A stretch of DNA of 64,000 nucleotides from Eledone cirrhosa (lineage: Eukaryota): contig OZ024746.1 in assembly GCA_964016885.1 (NCBI GenBank), positions 41,478,001 through 41,542,000 on the forward strand. Direction: 5' to 3'. A model generated the notes under the pieces. The model searched no databases and had not been told where the DNA came from. It saw only the letters and a program-made list of their open reading frames with translations. The translations under genes and the position numbers were made by a program. Of the stretch, positions 26,351-40,845 are shown piece by piece. How positions within the stretch are numbered: position 1 is the first letter of the stretch; each line of letters starts with the position of its first letter.

Positions 26351-27966
26351 TACTAAACATATATACACATCTTGGTACACCAAAGGTTCTTAAAAGTATA
26401 ATAGAAATATACATTTGTTGAGAAAACCTGGGGAATCTATGATAGATTAATTGGCTTATGACAGCTTCTCTTATGTGTACAGAAAAACACTAAAAGATGC
26501 AAAATAAGTTGCTTTGTGGGAACATAGTTATGATGTAGGATAGCGTTGTGTCTAAGATGAATTACTATAGAAGATATGTATAGAATTTCACACAAAGCAA
26601 CAAGATCAACATAGCAACCCCAGAGGAGGTGTTATGATCTACACTAATAGTTCTCTTTAAGTAGTAGATATGTCTTGTTAAAAGGGAATCAGTAATCATA
26701 TAATACCTACAATGATGAAGAGAGCAGACATTATTTAGAAACAAATTATAAAGTATGATCAATATGTCCTTTTGAGGTACTGTGGTTCACAAAGCTGCTA
26801 ATTAACTTTGGCTTCAGTAATGTTAAGCAGATAAGAAATGACTCTTTCTTGGTTAGAAAACACTTCATCTTAGGTAACCTTTTCAGAAAGCCTGTTCAAA
26901 TATTTCTGAATAATAGATAAACTTAAGCATGCAGAGTTATGTATCTTGTTGCGAACCAGAATGAAATATCAGCTGCAAGAATAAGTTCATGGCCCTTGTT
27001 TAATTGTTGTCCTCTCACCTATATTGTCTGTACTTAGGATTAAAATGTAGGGTTTTAGGATTCACTCATAAGAAGTAGGATGATGAATAGTTATGGAAAA
27101 TGATTTAGGAAAGAAAGAAAACAAGTAGAAGCTGAGAAGAAGGAGTTGATTAGGATATAGTGCATAATTGGAAGAGGATGTAACCAGAGAGCTAGTTACT
27201 TATCAGAGGTAATGTTTGTTGAGGTATAAGCTAATTGAAAATATAATAGAAACACATTAGAGGAAAACTCCAATGCTCCTGTGCTGTCTGACTGAGTGTG
27301 CAGGTCTTTTCCCACAATTTTTTCCTCTTATTTTTATATAATTTATACATATTCAATAATACCTTAATAAAAAAACAAAAACCTTCATAATTTAAAGAAA
27401 GCTAAAAAATATAAACACAGAGGCTGATATTTGTAAATATATGACAATGAACACTTTTAGTAAGTCAAGATTTAATCATTACTTAAAATATGACAAATGA
27501 CAGTAATATAAAGATAATTATAATACAATAAAGGCATGATTTGAATTAAAGTCTTATAAATAACGTAAATAAACTATTCTTGTTAAAAGCTTATTTACAT
27601 AGAGTGCAAGCTTGACTGGCTAGTATTAATTAGAAATAGCATCAACAGAGTTTGGTTCAAAATAAAAGTGCATATAGACCCATATACAATATGGTTATAT
27701 ATCATCATCATCGTTACCACTATTTAATGTCCATTTTCCATGCAAGCATGGGTTAAACAAATCAGATTAGGTGACCATGTCATGCTCATACAGAACTGTT
27801 TCTGGTTTTGTTTTTATTATTGGATGCCCTTCCTAATGCCAACAACATTTACAGTGTGGACTGGGTGCTTTTTATTGTGGTACCAAAACAACCAACTGAC
27901 AGGTTGAACTTGATACTTTTTCATCATTTCACCAGCACGATCAACTTACATATATTTAGTTATGCT

Positions 27967-28176
27967 TTAACCATTTAGCATTTAAACTGGCCATAACTGG
28001 CCAGAATTCTCTCACCTCTTTCTGTTCAAGCCGGCTGTAACCAGCTGCTCATACTGATGTTAAGGTATTGTTCTCAAAATCTTATAGAGATAATTATGAG
28101 ATAATTATGTGAGGTAAAGCCTTTACTGTGAAAATATAATAGAAAATATTGAGTTATGTATATGTTAAAGGGTTAA
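27967..28176. mobile_element. piggyBac-type MITE
   Basis: TTAA-cc(a)tttagcat ... atgttaaaggg-TTAA. An inverted second copy lies at 42200-42428. Confidence 0.85.
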
Positions 28177-29384
28177 TATCTTTCATACTTCAATATATCA
28201 GCATAAGTAAGCAAGCATTGACAATGAGTAATAATTCTGAAATACATGTATATAGTGCTCTTACATCAATACCAATGTAGTTGTGATATAATCCCAGTTG
28301 AAAATACTCACAGTCAGACTAAATGTGCTTATTCCAGATACATAAACATATTATATATGGGTCTATATACATCTTTATTCTGAACCACACAATGTTAGTT
28401 CTATTGCTAATTAATAGATTTAATACAGGTAACTGATTCCAGCAATGATGAATAATTATTGGGGAAATATAATTTCATAATACTGAATCCCCATCATTAA
28501 AGAGGACATTCTTTAGTGTTGCTGGGGATATGATAGTGCAGGTGCATCAATAAAATGCACGTAGAATACTCTATAAAGTGGTAGGCATTAGGAAGGGTAT
28601 CTAGCCATAGGAAATATTATAGGTAAGATGTGGGACCTGTTTTCAACTCCAAATAAGAACTGAATTGGACCATTGCAACCTATTCAACCCATGCCAGCAT
28701 GGAAAATAGGTATAAAATGACGCTGATGATAATGATGATGATGATGATAATGATTACGATGATGATGACGATGACGAATTCTGCTCAAGATATATTGCTA
28801 TCATTCTGGGCTTTTCATTCAGAATAGCACTGTCTGTTGTTATTTCAAGCCCAAGTAATTTTAACAATTATGTATTTTGATATTCACAAGTTCGAGAATG
28901 ATTTTTGATCAAATGAGTTTTGGAAGAAAAAAAAATATTGAAGAATTTAAAATGAATGATAAAAAAATAAAACATATTTGAATTCAGCAAAATGCATTAA
29001 AGTTTAATTTTCATTAATTTTATTGAACTTCATTAATATGGTAAAAATAATTGAATTATAAAAATAGTGGTATTGAAGCATCTAAAGTTATCAATACTAT
29101 GTGAAAAAGAAAACTTCTAATGATGCATGATGTTTAAATTTGCAGAATTGACCAAAATTCTTTCCCTTCAGAATTTCAAATTGGCAACAAAAAATCAAAT
29201 CAAATAAATCAAATCAAATAAATAAAAAGTAAAGCTAGTAAACTATAGAGAAATAATAAATCAGTATAGAATGTTGCAAGTGAATTGTGCACTTACTTTG
29301 ATTGATTTTTGCAGGTTGATTAAGTGCTGATTAACTTAATTGAATCAATTTCCAAAAAAAAAAATAAAATAAAAATAAACTTAC

Positions 29385-29436
29385 GTTGGGATCAATAAAT
29401 CAGAGAACATATTCTGGGATATTGCTACATTAAAGC
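29385..29436 (-). CDS. Candidate 52-nt exon
   Basis: atttcacattttag|G...AAC|gtaagttt are strong sites. The single open frame is (G)FNVAISQNMFSDLLIP(T). Confidence 0.35.
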
Positions 29437-32139
29437 CTAAAATGTGAAATATTTAGGGAGGAATTTTACTTGGGATTTGAGCTTCATCAAAGAAAAAGTG
29501 TCTTTGATTAATAAGAAATAGAAAAATGGTCGGTTTTGATCGCAAAAGCTGCTAATATGTTTAAAAGAATAAAAAAAAAAAAAAAAAATAGGAAAAACCC
29601 ATATGAGATAAATAATCAATCACAGTTTATGAGAAGTTTTATAAATTCTGATAATCATAGTATTTTATTCGTTTTTAAATGAATAAAATCTAGAAGACCT
29701 GAACAGGCTAGTAAGAAATGAGTTATATATCCTCTTAGATATAGGCAACATTAATTTGCATGAACTGAGAGAGTTGTTAGTTCTAAAGGCAAGAGCCGAT
29801 TTGTGCATAAGGGATAGCTGTGCCAGTAACAATGTGTGATATGAATGTATGAGGAAGGATGGGTGAAAAAGTGATGTGTGCAAAGGAAAATTCAGCAAGA
29901 CATAAAGGGCAGTGGTAAGGATATTGGAATTCACAGACAAGATACCACAGATGACAAAAGTGGCAATACACTGTATTATCATCATCATCATCATCACTAT
30001 TTTACATCCATTTTTCCATACTGGAATGGGTTAGACGAGTTGTCCTGTTGTGGGTGACCATGGCTTGCTCATACAGAACTGATTTTGGCTTGGTTTCTGC
30101 GGATGGATGCCCTTCCTAACATTTACAGTTAGTACTGGGTACTTTTTGTTATGACACCTACACGGCCACTTTAAAGTGTGGACTGGATGCTTTTTACCGT
30201 GTCACCATCAACATATCAAAAACCCACACCAGCCTGGAAAAACTATTTTAAAAACTATGACATTTACAACAACAACAGTGAAGATGATGACAAGGTAGAA
30301 GTGAAGAATGAGCAGGAAAAAACTGGATATTTTCTTTGATTACTGATTGATTTATTTCTTCTCTCAGACTATAAGAATGGCTATTAATGTTAAGATTTAA
30401 TCATAGCATGTTTGTTTGTGATATTTTAACTATAACATGGGGAAGTGAATAGTTGAATTGGTAGATAACTAGATAAAATGTCTTGTATTTAGTTATGCTT
30501 CTTTGTAATCTGTGTTCAAGTCATACTGTTGTTTGTTTTGATTTTATGTTAATTCAGTAACAAATGACATATAGATTCCTTATACACAGAAAATTGGCAG
30601 AGTTGTTAGAACATCAGAGAAAAGGCTTTATACACATTGGATCTGAGTTCAAAATCCTTTGAGGTCAACTTTGCCTTTCATCTTTTTGGGGATAAAAAAA
30701 ATATCAGTCCAATACTGGGGTCAATTCTTCCATTATATATCTTTCTTACATTCTTTCCTCTGGAAGAAATTGGCTGTGTTAAGACCTGGGGAATGGAGGG
30801 GCTCTGTCAGATTTAAAATGCCTAAGACATGTTACTATGGCACCCCTATCAGAAGTTATGGGTCCATACAATACATATAGATCCCTCAATAAAAAGAGAC
30901 ACAAATACTGTTGTGTTCACTCAAGCTGTTAAATAAATTATTAATATGCCAATACACCATGACTGTTAAATAACTATTAGGCAAACTGTTTTATAACCCC
31001 CCCCCCCCCAAAAAAAACAAGACCTCCCCACCTCGCAAAGAAACAAAAACAAAAACAAACAAAATTGAATACGGACAAATACCTGTTTTATACTGAAGTC
31101 TATGTAATTAGCAATGCTATTTTTCTACAAATGTGTAACCTTGTGCCAAAGTTATAAATCAATATTTTGGTTTCCACTGAGAATCAGGATGACAGTGGAA
31201 TGCTATTTAAGAGACTTCTAATGTCACAGTCTTAATAAAATATTTATTTTAAGCACAAAATTTTAACAAGTCTTCCCAAGAGACCTGTTATAAGTTTAAG
31301 ATCACAGTTTTTCCATTATTTTCTTCTCATTAATGGACAACAATTAATCAGTTGTTGTCATCGTTGACAAATTTTGTAATCTGATCATTCCCTTGGTCAC
31401 TTTTTTTTTCTCTTACTTTTGCTGACTATCTGTTAATCGGTTATTTCTAACCTTGATTTCTTCTATATAATATTTAAAGATGATCTTAGTAAAAAAAACC
31501 AAACAAACACACAATAAAACTAAAACAAAATATAAAAAATATTGCCATCACATTAAATACAATATCAAGAAAACATGATTAAGTTTTATATTTTGCTTTA
31601 AATTGTTTTTAATACTGTTTTTTATTTCTTAACATATGTAGGTTTGCAAGTGTGGTGGATCGACAAAATTGGTAGAGCATCAGAAAAAATTAATTTCTCT
31701 ATTTTTCTGGCTTCTCACATTCTGAGTTCAAATGCTGTCAAGATCAACTTTGCCACTCAGCATTGTGGGGTCAATAAAATAAAGTACGAGTCAAATACTT
31801 GGATTGATTTAATCAATTTTGCCCTTTTCCCAAATTTGCTGGCCTTCTGCCTAATATTAGAAATGAATATATATAGGTTTTTCCTCCCCAGTTTGAGGCA
31901 CAAATCATGTTGAGTTAACTTTGCCTTTCATTTCATTGGGGGTAAATATGAATAAATGGAGGTATGGTTATGTGGTTAAGAAGCTTGCTTTACAACTACA
32001 TGGTTTTCAATTCGATGATACTAACAGAGCAAAAGCGTTCTGTTTTTAATTTCATGTTAAAAAAAGCTATCTTATATATCTAATCTGGCTGAGTTTACAC
32101 TCGCAAATAAGAAGAACCAGGGCCGCTCCTAGGAGCATT

Positions 32140-32355
32140 GGATTTGGTGTACTTCATATTTGTTTCAGTTGCTGAATACAATCAGGGCTCGCTGATTCTC
32201 CTGAAGGTCAATAGTTCTCTTCTAACTCGAGTGGAAGCGTTTTTCCATTATCAATTTGCATTGATCATCTGCAAAGCTGCATTGTTCTCAGAACCACTAC
32301 ACCAGTCTTTCGATGTGTGCAGCTGGAACTACTGCCACCCATTGATTTGACAGGA
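32140..32355 (-). pseudogene. Possible decayed CR1/L2/Rex1-type RT fragment
   Basis: Minus translation includes HIERLV*W, SFADD and KRTIDL, with stops. Confidence 0.3.
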
Positions 32356-32359
32356 TCGC

Positions 32360-32498
32360 AACTCATTTCTACAGCTGAGAAAACTGGAGCAACATGAAAT
32401 AAAGTATCTTGCTCAAGGACACAACACATCACCCAGTCCGAGAATCGAACTCACAACCTTTCGATTGTAAGCCCAATGCTCTAACCACTAAGCCATTG
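32360..32498 (-). mobile_element. Group 1 SINE head (tRNA plus core)
   Basis: Closely matches 760-891. Confidence 0.85.
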
Positions 32499-32959
32499 CT
32501 ATTATTGATATTTTTTATTTAACACCAACTTGTTGCTGTCCAGCACACCTTCAACCAAAGCTAGGTGTGATTTGATAGAGATTTGACTGCTATTTCCAGC
32601 ATGTCAAGCGAACATAGAGTTGGTGCCAAGATAAAATGTACCCAGTTCACCTTATAATGTGGCAGTGCTAGCGTAAATTTAAAATGTTCTCAGTTGCAGG
32701 TGCCAAAAAAACGTTCACAGTACACCTTGTCAGATGGCTGGTGTTAGGAAAGCCATCCAGCTGTAGAAATCAAATATGAATTGTATGAGCCAAATATGAA
32801 TTGCATGAGTAAGACGTGGTCACTTGACTTGACTAGCCTCAGAGCATGGCAACACAACCAACCCATGGTAGCATGGAAAGTGGACATACAAACAATGATG
32901 ATGATGTTATTGTCTCAAATTTTCTTGGCTTTCAACATTCCTCAAGACTATTAACCCGC

Positions 32960-33448
32960 AGTTCTTGTCGTATAAAATATGCAACATGGTAGAGAGACAG
33001 ATCAAGATTAGCCAGTCAGACTAAGGCATCATTTGTAGTATTATGGATTACCTTCAGGCCACTGGGAAAACGTTTGAGGAGGTAATCCAAAACAACATGC
33101 AGCACTGTCTGATCAGGGTCTCCACAGTCACATGCTGGGCTGTCTTTCATTTTCCATCGATGAAGATGATAGGCTGTCCTGGCATGTGTTGTGCAGATCC
33201 AATTAAGGGACATCCATTGATTTCTGAAGTTCAAAGCTGGCTGGTTTAAATGTCTTGGATGAGGTCTTGGTTGCAAAGTTTGAATCATTCCATGATCTTC
33301 ACCACTTTTCCTTCAGATTAACGTTATTGTCCTGAAGGGTCATCATTGATTCCCAGAATGATTTGTGTGATTTCAAGCACATGTTGGGAAGGTTTTCCAG
33401 GTCTTCATGGATGGGAAAGTTGGGCTTAGACTTGGTAAGAAGTGCTGC
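32960..33448 (-). mobile_element. LINE 3' fragment with C-terminal CCHC motif (I group, Ingi/Vingi-like)
   Basis: WMSLNWICTTHARTAYHLHRWKMKDSPACDCGDPDQTVLHVVLD matches the LNRxRTGxG..CxCG..QT..H..C pattern. The clade assignment is an inference. Confidence 0.7.
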
Positions 33449-34250
33449 CTCTAAAGTCAACCTGGCAAAGGCCAAAGTCCTAGTATGTAGAAAGGATAAC
33501 AGCACCCAGATTCCCTCAAGAAAATGGCCTTGCTTAGTGAGCAGGAAAGGAGTAAGTATAAACTCCATTCTATGCTCCAAATGCAAACTATGAGTACACA
33601 AGAAATGTAGTGGGATCTCAGGTAGGCTAGCAAAGAATTCAGGTTTTATATGTGGCCATTGCACAGGTGCAGTAAGTAGCAACAGTCCATATGATGCTAA
33701 CTCCTTTAAATGCTCAAAGGGCTTAGTAGAAGTAGTTGATAATTTCTGTTACCTGGGTAACCAAATTAGCAGCAGAGGTGGATGTTCTGAAAGTACAGTA
33801 GCTGGAGTGAGAACAGGATGGGGAAAGTTCAAGGAGTTACTACCACTGCTAGCCACAAAACGTTTTTCTCTCAAAATGAAGAGCAGATTGTATGATGTTG
33901 TATGCAAACAGCTAAGTTACATGGCAATGAGACCTGGGCACTGTGTGCAGAAGACTTACAAAGATAGAAATATACATGAATGACAAAGCATAAATGAACT
34001 GAGAAAGAAACTGTGTATAAGAGGAGTCAGATGCAGTGTGCAGGAGAGGAGAATGCATTGGTATGGGCATGTGATGTGTATGAAGGATGCCAGCTGTATA
34101 AAAAGGTACAGAGGGCTCAAGGTTGATGGAAGCAATGCTGTAGGAAGACCTAGGAAGACTAGGGATAAGGTGATAAAAGCTGCTCCTCTCAAAGGTGATG
34201 GCACAGGATTGAGATCTGTGCCATTATGAAGTGATATGGAAGACTCGCCT
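33449..34250 (+). mobile_element. RTE-clade LINE 3' fragment with Cys-rich (PHD-like) insert, decayed
   Basis: KVNLAKAKVL..WPC..KGV..NSILCSKCKL*VHKKCSG..FICGHC..VVDNFCYLG..GWGKFKELLPLL..LHGNETWA..RRMHWYGHVM..GRPRKT, with frameshifts and stops. Confidence 0.9.
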
Positions 34251-34474
34251 TCCCATGTGTACGGGTTGAAGCATACATCTTGTACGCACTACTTTCCCCT
34301 TCCCCCTTCTATACACCTCCACACCCTAACAACTCTCTCCCATCCACAATCCTTCTGTCTTGCACCTCCTATGTACTAATACTTCACCCATGCCTGAACA
34401 CCCTGCCCTCTCACACACACCCCTAGCTCTACCTCCCCAATCTCCCCTACCCTGTAATGTGGTCACAATGGAAA

Positions 34475-34845
34475 CATGGCAAAAAGCCCCCAGCCTACAC
34501 TGTAAAGTGTTTGTGTAGGTGACACGACAAAAAGCACCCAGTGCATACTATAAAGTGGTCGTATAGGTGACAGAACAAAAAGCACCCAGTGCCTTCTGTA
34601 AAGTGGTCGTATAGGTACCCAACACACACTGTAAAGTGGTCATGTAAGCGACACAACTAAAAGCGCCCAGCCCACACTGTAAATGTGGTTGGTGTTAGGA
34701 AGGGCATCCAGCTGTAGAAACCAAGCCCAAACCAGTCCTGTATGAGCAAGTCAAGGTCATCAGACCTGGCTTGTCTCACAACGGGGCATCTTGTCTAAGC
34801 CATGCTAGCATGGAAAATGGATATTAAATAGTGATGATGATGATA
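34475..34845 (+). mobile_element. SINE body with about 5 tandem ~43-bp units and RTE tail
   Basis: Repeated aaaagcacccag-cacactgtaaagtggtcgtataggtgaca, then ggaagggcatccagctgtagaaa and a (TGA)n tail. The same layout occurs at 45810-46185. Confidence 0.8.
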
Positions 34846-37800
34846 TATACACAATATGTTAAGAATTTTCAATGCTCAAAGTATTGTATTTTAGTTTCAA
34901 TATTTTCTCATCAGAGATTCCATCACATCTTCCTTCAAAGATGTTGAATCACTCTGCAATTTCTCTTGTTACAATAAATTTTGTTTAGCAGAAAACTTTC
35001 AACTATGTCACTGGGAAGAATTTTTCCCTCAATTTGTTGCAAACCCTTATTCTTCCTTATTGATTATCGATTAAAACTAATCTTTCACTTTACTAAAGCT
35101 GCACTACTTTCATTGATTGGTATGCCTTTACTGTGCATTAGCTCTTCCTTTGCTGCCCTTTCTCAGATTGCATCTAGTTTTTATTTTATTTTATTTTACT
35201 TTCCCATATCTCTTCTTCCTCTGAATTAAGAAGATACTTCATTAAAAATGCAATCATCTTTTTGTTCAAAAGTTTCATTAATCTGCAGCTGTGCTTGGTT
35301 AAACTTTTCTTTTCATTCTTTCGTACCACCATTTGTCTTCTGTGTTTTTTTTTAAATTTCATTTATTTATTTATTTATTTATTTTTATTATTTTTATCAT
35401 TTTTTTTGTGGTGTTGTACAATTATGATTAGTTTTCTTTCATAGTCAGGGAGTTTTCATTTAGACATGATTGTTTCTTCAGAAATTACCTTCAGCATACT
35501 CTGTTAAGCCCAAATAATTTAACAGGTTATATGATGCATTTTACTACACATTCTGCTTTCCCTTTACTTGCAATGTTGTTCATACCTTCCCATCTCTACC
35601 TAGTTTTAGGCTATTCATTATACTGTTCATTATACCGATGCACAAAGTCAAAGGATCTCATTTTATTCTATTTCTTTTTTTTTTTTTACCTTCCTAGCAG
35701 TCCTTCCTTTTTAGAGAGTAGGATTAGGTGAAACAGCCATTTGAAAAACAGACCCACAGTAAACCTTTATCACAATGGAGCCATTCTTTCCAGAAGTCAC
35801 TTATGAAGCTTTTTATTCAGTGAAAGAGTATTTTAATTCTATCTCCTGTATTTCTCTTGTTTATTAATGGGTTTTCATTTAGTTGTGGGTAGTTTATGAA
35901 ACTCTCATGCATTTATGAAACATTTGTTGGCAGTGATGGCTGTTGTGTGAATATTCTTATTAATACATAAAAGACTATTGGCTTCCGTCTATTTATATTT
36001 TGAGGCCTCTTCTAATAATGAATAAACAAATATTTAACCATATTTAGAATAGGAAGTTACAAGCACATAGACAACAAACATACACCATACAAACACATAT
36101 ATTACACATACACATATACACACCCTCCCCACACACACACATGCACACAAACACACATGCAGTCACATGTACTCAGGATAGATAAACATGTGTATGCAAG
36201 TAAAGGTGCTTAGATAAGAAATGATTAAAGAGAATGAATCGATAGAACAATTATTGATTATTATAGTTAAAGGGAAGTTAGTTTAACCCAGTTAAAGGTT
36301 AGTACTTGAGTTTTACAACAATAATGCATTTTATATATGTCCACTAGACTTGGCATTTAGATATACATCATAGCGTTGTCTATCTATCTATCTATCTATC
36401 TACCTACCTACCTACCTAGCTATCAATCTATCTTTCTATCTATTTGTATGTGTGTTTTCTCTCTGTATAAATTAGTTAGTTGCTACATTCAAATATAGAT
36501 TTTTGATATAATATGAAAGATGTTATAGGGGTAAGTATTTCTAGAGTTGTGTCTACAATTTGGTTTCAAATACTTATTGGAAATGCTTCCCTTGGGCTGC
36601 TAAAGATTTTCAGAAAGGCATGGACATCACAAATCCTCATTTTCTGTCCCCTCATACTTTTGTAAGAAATATTTCCTCAATCAATCCCAAATATGAATAA
36701 ATTTTATTCAATAAATTTAAATTGGATTATATAATATTTGCAGTAAAAGAAAATAGAAAACAATAGAGTAAAAATTAAATAGCAAAAGTAAGGGAAAGGT
36801 AGAGAGAGTGGCAGATTGTACACCACAGTCTAAGCAGTATAGCTCAGCTGCACCCAGCAGACAAATGTAGAGCATCAGACACCCTGCTTGGCAGCATAGG
36901 GCTATGGTCATTTGTGTTCTGAGTTTGCCATGGTTGGCTTAGCTTTTCATCCTTGCAGAAGGCATTGCTGTGGAAAACAGCCAGTGAAACCCACTATATC
37001 AACCATTCCACTCCATTGGGCTCTCTCTCCAGGCATGGTTCACTCCTCCTAGTTTTACAGAGGAAAATGACAGTTTTGGTGTTTGTGGACACCCGCAGTC
37101 TTGACGGTGACTGACAGAAAAGGGAAGTGGTTTATCATGTCCCGTTATTTGGCTACTTTCCTCTCCTCCATGTTATGGGTAACAATGTCCGGGAGCTTTG
37201 ACTGAAACAACAAGGCTGAAGGCACAGAACATGTTACAGCTTGTAGCACCTCAGTTTAAAGATTTACCTCCCTCAAATAGGAAGGGTGATGCTCTATCTA
37301 AGTGCTTACCACCACAGTCGAGGATGGTAGGCTCCAGCGGTGACGGGAAACCATCCGTGTCAAGGCTCTGATGTAAGCAACCATTATTGATTTTTTTTTG
37401 TAGCAAACCTTTTGTTGTTACATAACATTATAGGAAATACATTAAAGTTTTGATTCTCTCTTTAAAGATAAAATAACAAGAGATCTTAGATTTATGTATA
37501 TATTTGAATTGACTCTTTCAAGTGTGGAGCTGTCGGAAATATTTGCAAAGGCTGTTATATGGTTACTTCTATTATAAATCATGTCAACTATGAGACATGA
37601 TAAGAGGACGAGGAAGAGGGGAGAAGAACTAAAGGCAAGCAAAGAGTGAATATGACTTGACCCTTGCTATTTTTTAAAATATATATCAGGCAGCTCTGAC
37701 CTTTTACTGTACAAAAGTTTGGTATTGTTGATATTTTAAATTTCATCTATGTACTCTGATAATTTACAATTTGGTTTTAGATCTTGTAGCATGTACTACA

Positions 37801-38085
37801 TCCCATTTCTTTATTTTTCTTTTCTTTTTGTAGTTCTGTATGAAAACATAATCATATTGAGATATCTCTTTTCCTTTATATAAAATGTAACATACCAAAA
37901 ATACTGCTTTAATTACTGGAAGATATGAAATATAATATATACATACATATATATAAATATATATATATGTGTGTGTGTATGTATGTATATATGTATGTAT
38001 GTAAAAAGCAAACAGAAATAACAAAGTGACTGACACAGTACAATGAAGAAATACATTAGTTTAATGCTTGAAATAATAGGAAAAG

Positions 38086-38123
38086 AGTCTTAATGTTTTG
38101 AACACTAGTCCTTCATCAGAAGA
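38086..38123 (-). ncRNA. Decayed minimal hammerhead (PLE-like)
   Basis: Minus strand tctt-CTGATGA-aggac tagt gttc-AAAAcatt-aaga. Restoring two CpG-type transitions gives GAAACGTT with helix I tctt/aaga. Confidence 0.55.
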
Positions 38124-38264
38124 TAGAATGAAAAATAAAAGATGAAATAGGAATATAAAGAGCGAGAAGAGAAAAGAACAGAAAAAATTGAGAGAAAAAA
38201 AATACAGACATGAATATTCAGTTAGCCATTTAGTACGTATAAAATGTAACAAACTAAGACACAA

Positions 38265-38632
38265 AAATAACTGTAAATACAGTCAATTGCTGTAAATAAT
38301 AGCTTAGGAAGTTGGGTAAAATACTCCTAGGAATGGAAAAAATTATTGGCCAGTGACTACTACAAAGAATCAAACTGCATATATTTCAGATACCAGCTGA
38401 CTGCTCTAACCATTATCAAAAATGACCTCTGACAACAATCCCCATCCAAATTAAAAAGCTAATTTGTACAACTTATAAATGCAAACAACATTGTATACAA
38501 AACATTGAACTTTCAAAGTGTTGAGGTTCTATGAACTTCATAGAAAATGTAAGATACTCAGTCATAGAAATAACTGTAAATACAGTCGACTGCTATAGAT
38601 AATGGCTTAGAAAATCGGGTAAAATACCCCTA
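38265..38632 (+). repeat. ~65-bp diverged direct repeat, 300 bp apart
   Basis: aaataactgtaaatacagtc..ggtaaaatac-cctag at about 38265-38329 and 38568-38632. Confidence 0.85.
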
Positions 38633-38710
38633 GCATTCTAATTTGGACACATGCACGCACACACATACACATATATATATATGTGTATTCTCTATCTATC
38701 TATCTAGCTA

Positions 38711-38755
<45 letters not shown>

Positions 38756-38760
38756 GTATT

Positions 38761-38915
38761 CCGGGTTCAATTGGGGGTAACCATAGTAAGTAAGGTACTC
38801 AATACATAGCAGAATATAAATATTTAATATAGAAATGGCTTCTACAGGACTAGAACTGTTTTATTCGAAGGAAATCAACAGGAAAGCCAACAGAAACCAT
38901 TTCTATATTAAATAT
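38761..38915 (-). mobile_element. PLE pseudo-LTR-like remnant, family B
   Basis: Minus strand ggctttc-CTGTTGA-tttccttcgaat-AAAACAGttctagtcCTGTA-gaagcc. The inverted duplicate ccatttctatattaaata follows, and both flanks are (TA)n. Confidence 0.7.
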
Positions 38916-40024
38916 ATATATATATATATATATATATAGCTGTCGAAACGGCCGGAGTTTAGCTGTCGGGGTCCTGACTCTTTTCCTATATATATATATA
39001 TATAGTCAGAGAGAGAGGAAGGGAGAGAGAGATAGATATATCATCAACATTATAATATTTATATATAGGATCTCATGTAGTATGGAAATAATAATGCAGT
39101 TCTGTGTATGACATATGACTTGTTGCATGTTGACTGATGGACAGCTTGTGAATTTCATTTGACAACATGGTTGTGGGGATTGGTTAGATTTATAACACAA
39201 TTAGGTCATTGGGGCACTACTTATATCTCACACTCTTCACATAGTCACTCAAAGCTAGACTGCTTTCCAATTATTTTCTTAACTCCAATGAACTTAGCAC
39301 TTGAAATTAATGAAACTCTTACCAATTTTACAACACTTTTGCTTACAGCCGGGTACTTACTAGACTTAACTGTAGCTTGGTGAACTTGGACATTGAAAGT
39401 TAAGTATTTATATCATAGACATAGTATGATTTCTTTTGTTCATTTATTGTTTAATCTGGGATGGAAGGTCAGTGTATTACTCTTTACATTGTCTCCAAGA
39501 GTGTTGGGAGGAAGGTATCTTCAATTGTTAGACTTGGTTGAAATGTTTGCAAGAGTGAGCCTTGTTAAACGCACCTAGGGATCAGGTGGTGGTATTAAAT
39601 TGAGCAATGTATTAAATCTATTACCTAAGTAGGCTACAATGGGATTTGAACTCAGAACTTAGTAAATTAACTTGCATATCAACTAACCTGGTCATTTTGG
39701 CATCCCTGATGTGATGAAACTGCAGAGAGTTATTCCATTATCAGGAGATTTACTGAAGTAAAACATACTTCCTTTTTCAAGATAAGGTAACACAGATAAT
39801 TGATAGTTAGAATGTCTGTAAAATCACAACAAAAACTTTTCATAGAATTGTCTCTATAAGAAAATATATTTGAGTCAATATTAACAGCAGTTGTCTAGAA
39901 GCAACACTTTAGAAGACATCCTATAAGTGTGAAGCAATATTATTACTATATATATGGACATTGAATATAGGCAAGACAATAGGGGAAACTACAAATGAAA
40001 TTGCTATACGTATGAGTGTATGTG

Positions 40025-40055
<31 letters not shown>

Positions 40056-40249
40056 ACTCATACATATAGCATATATATATATATATATATATATGCGCGT
40101 GTCACTTTACAATAAAATGCATGTGTCACTTGGCATCACTTAGTGTTAGATTTGTTTGGGAAATAGTAATCTTCCTCCTTCTCTCTCTCTCTCACAACAG
40201 TGTAGACAAGATGATCAGTAATCAAACAACAGATGTCTATTACTACTTA

Positions 40250-40705
<456 letters not shown>

Positions 40706-40845
40706 TGAAGTTTCCTTTGAAAATTGAAAAAGTCAGAGGAATGAAGAGTGCTCTACGTAAGTTACAGAGCTAAATATTTAATGTATAATAAAAAATACAA
40801 TATAATTACCTCATTATTACAATACAATATAATTACCTCATTTTA

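Noticed and set aside
39706-39748. ctgatgtgatgaaactgcag resembling the 4584 ribozyme
   Set aside because: The core is altered, helix II is absent and there is no UH, so it is at best a relic.
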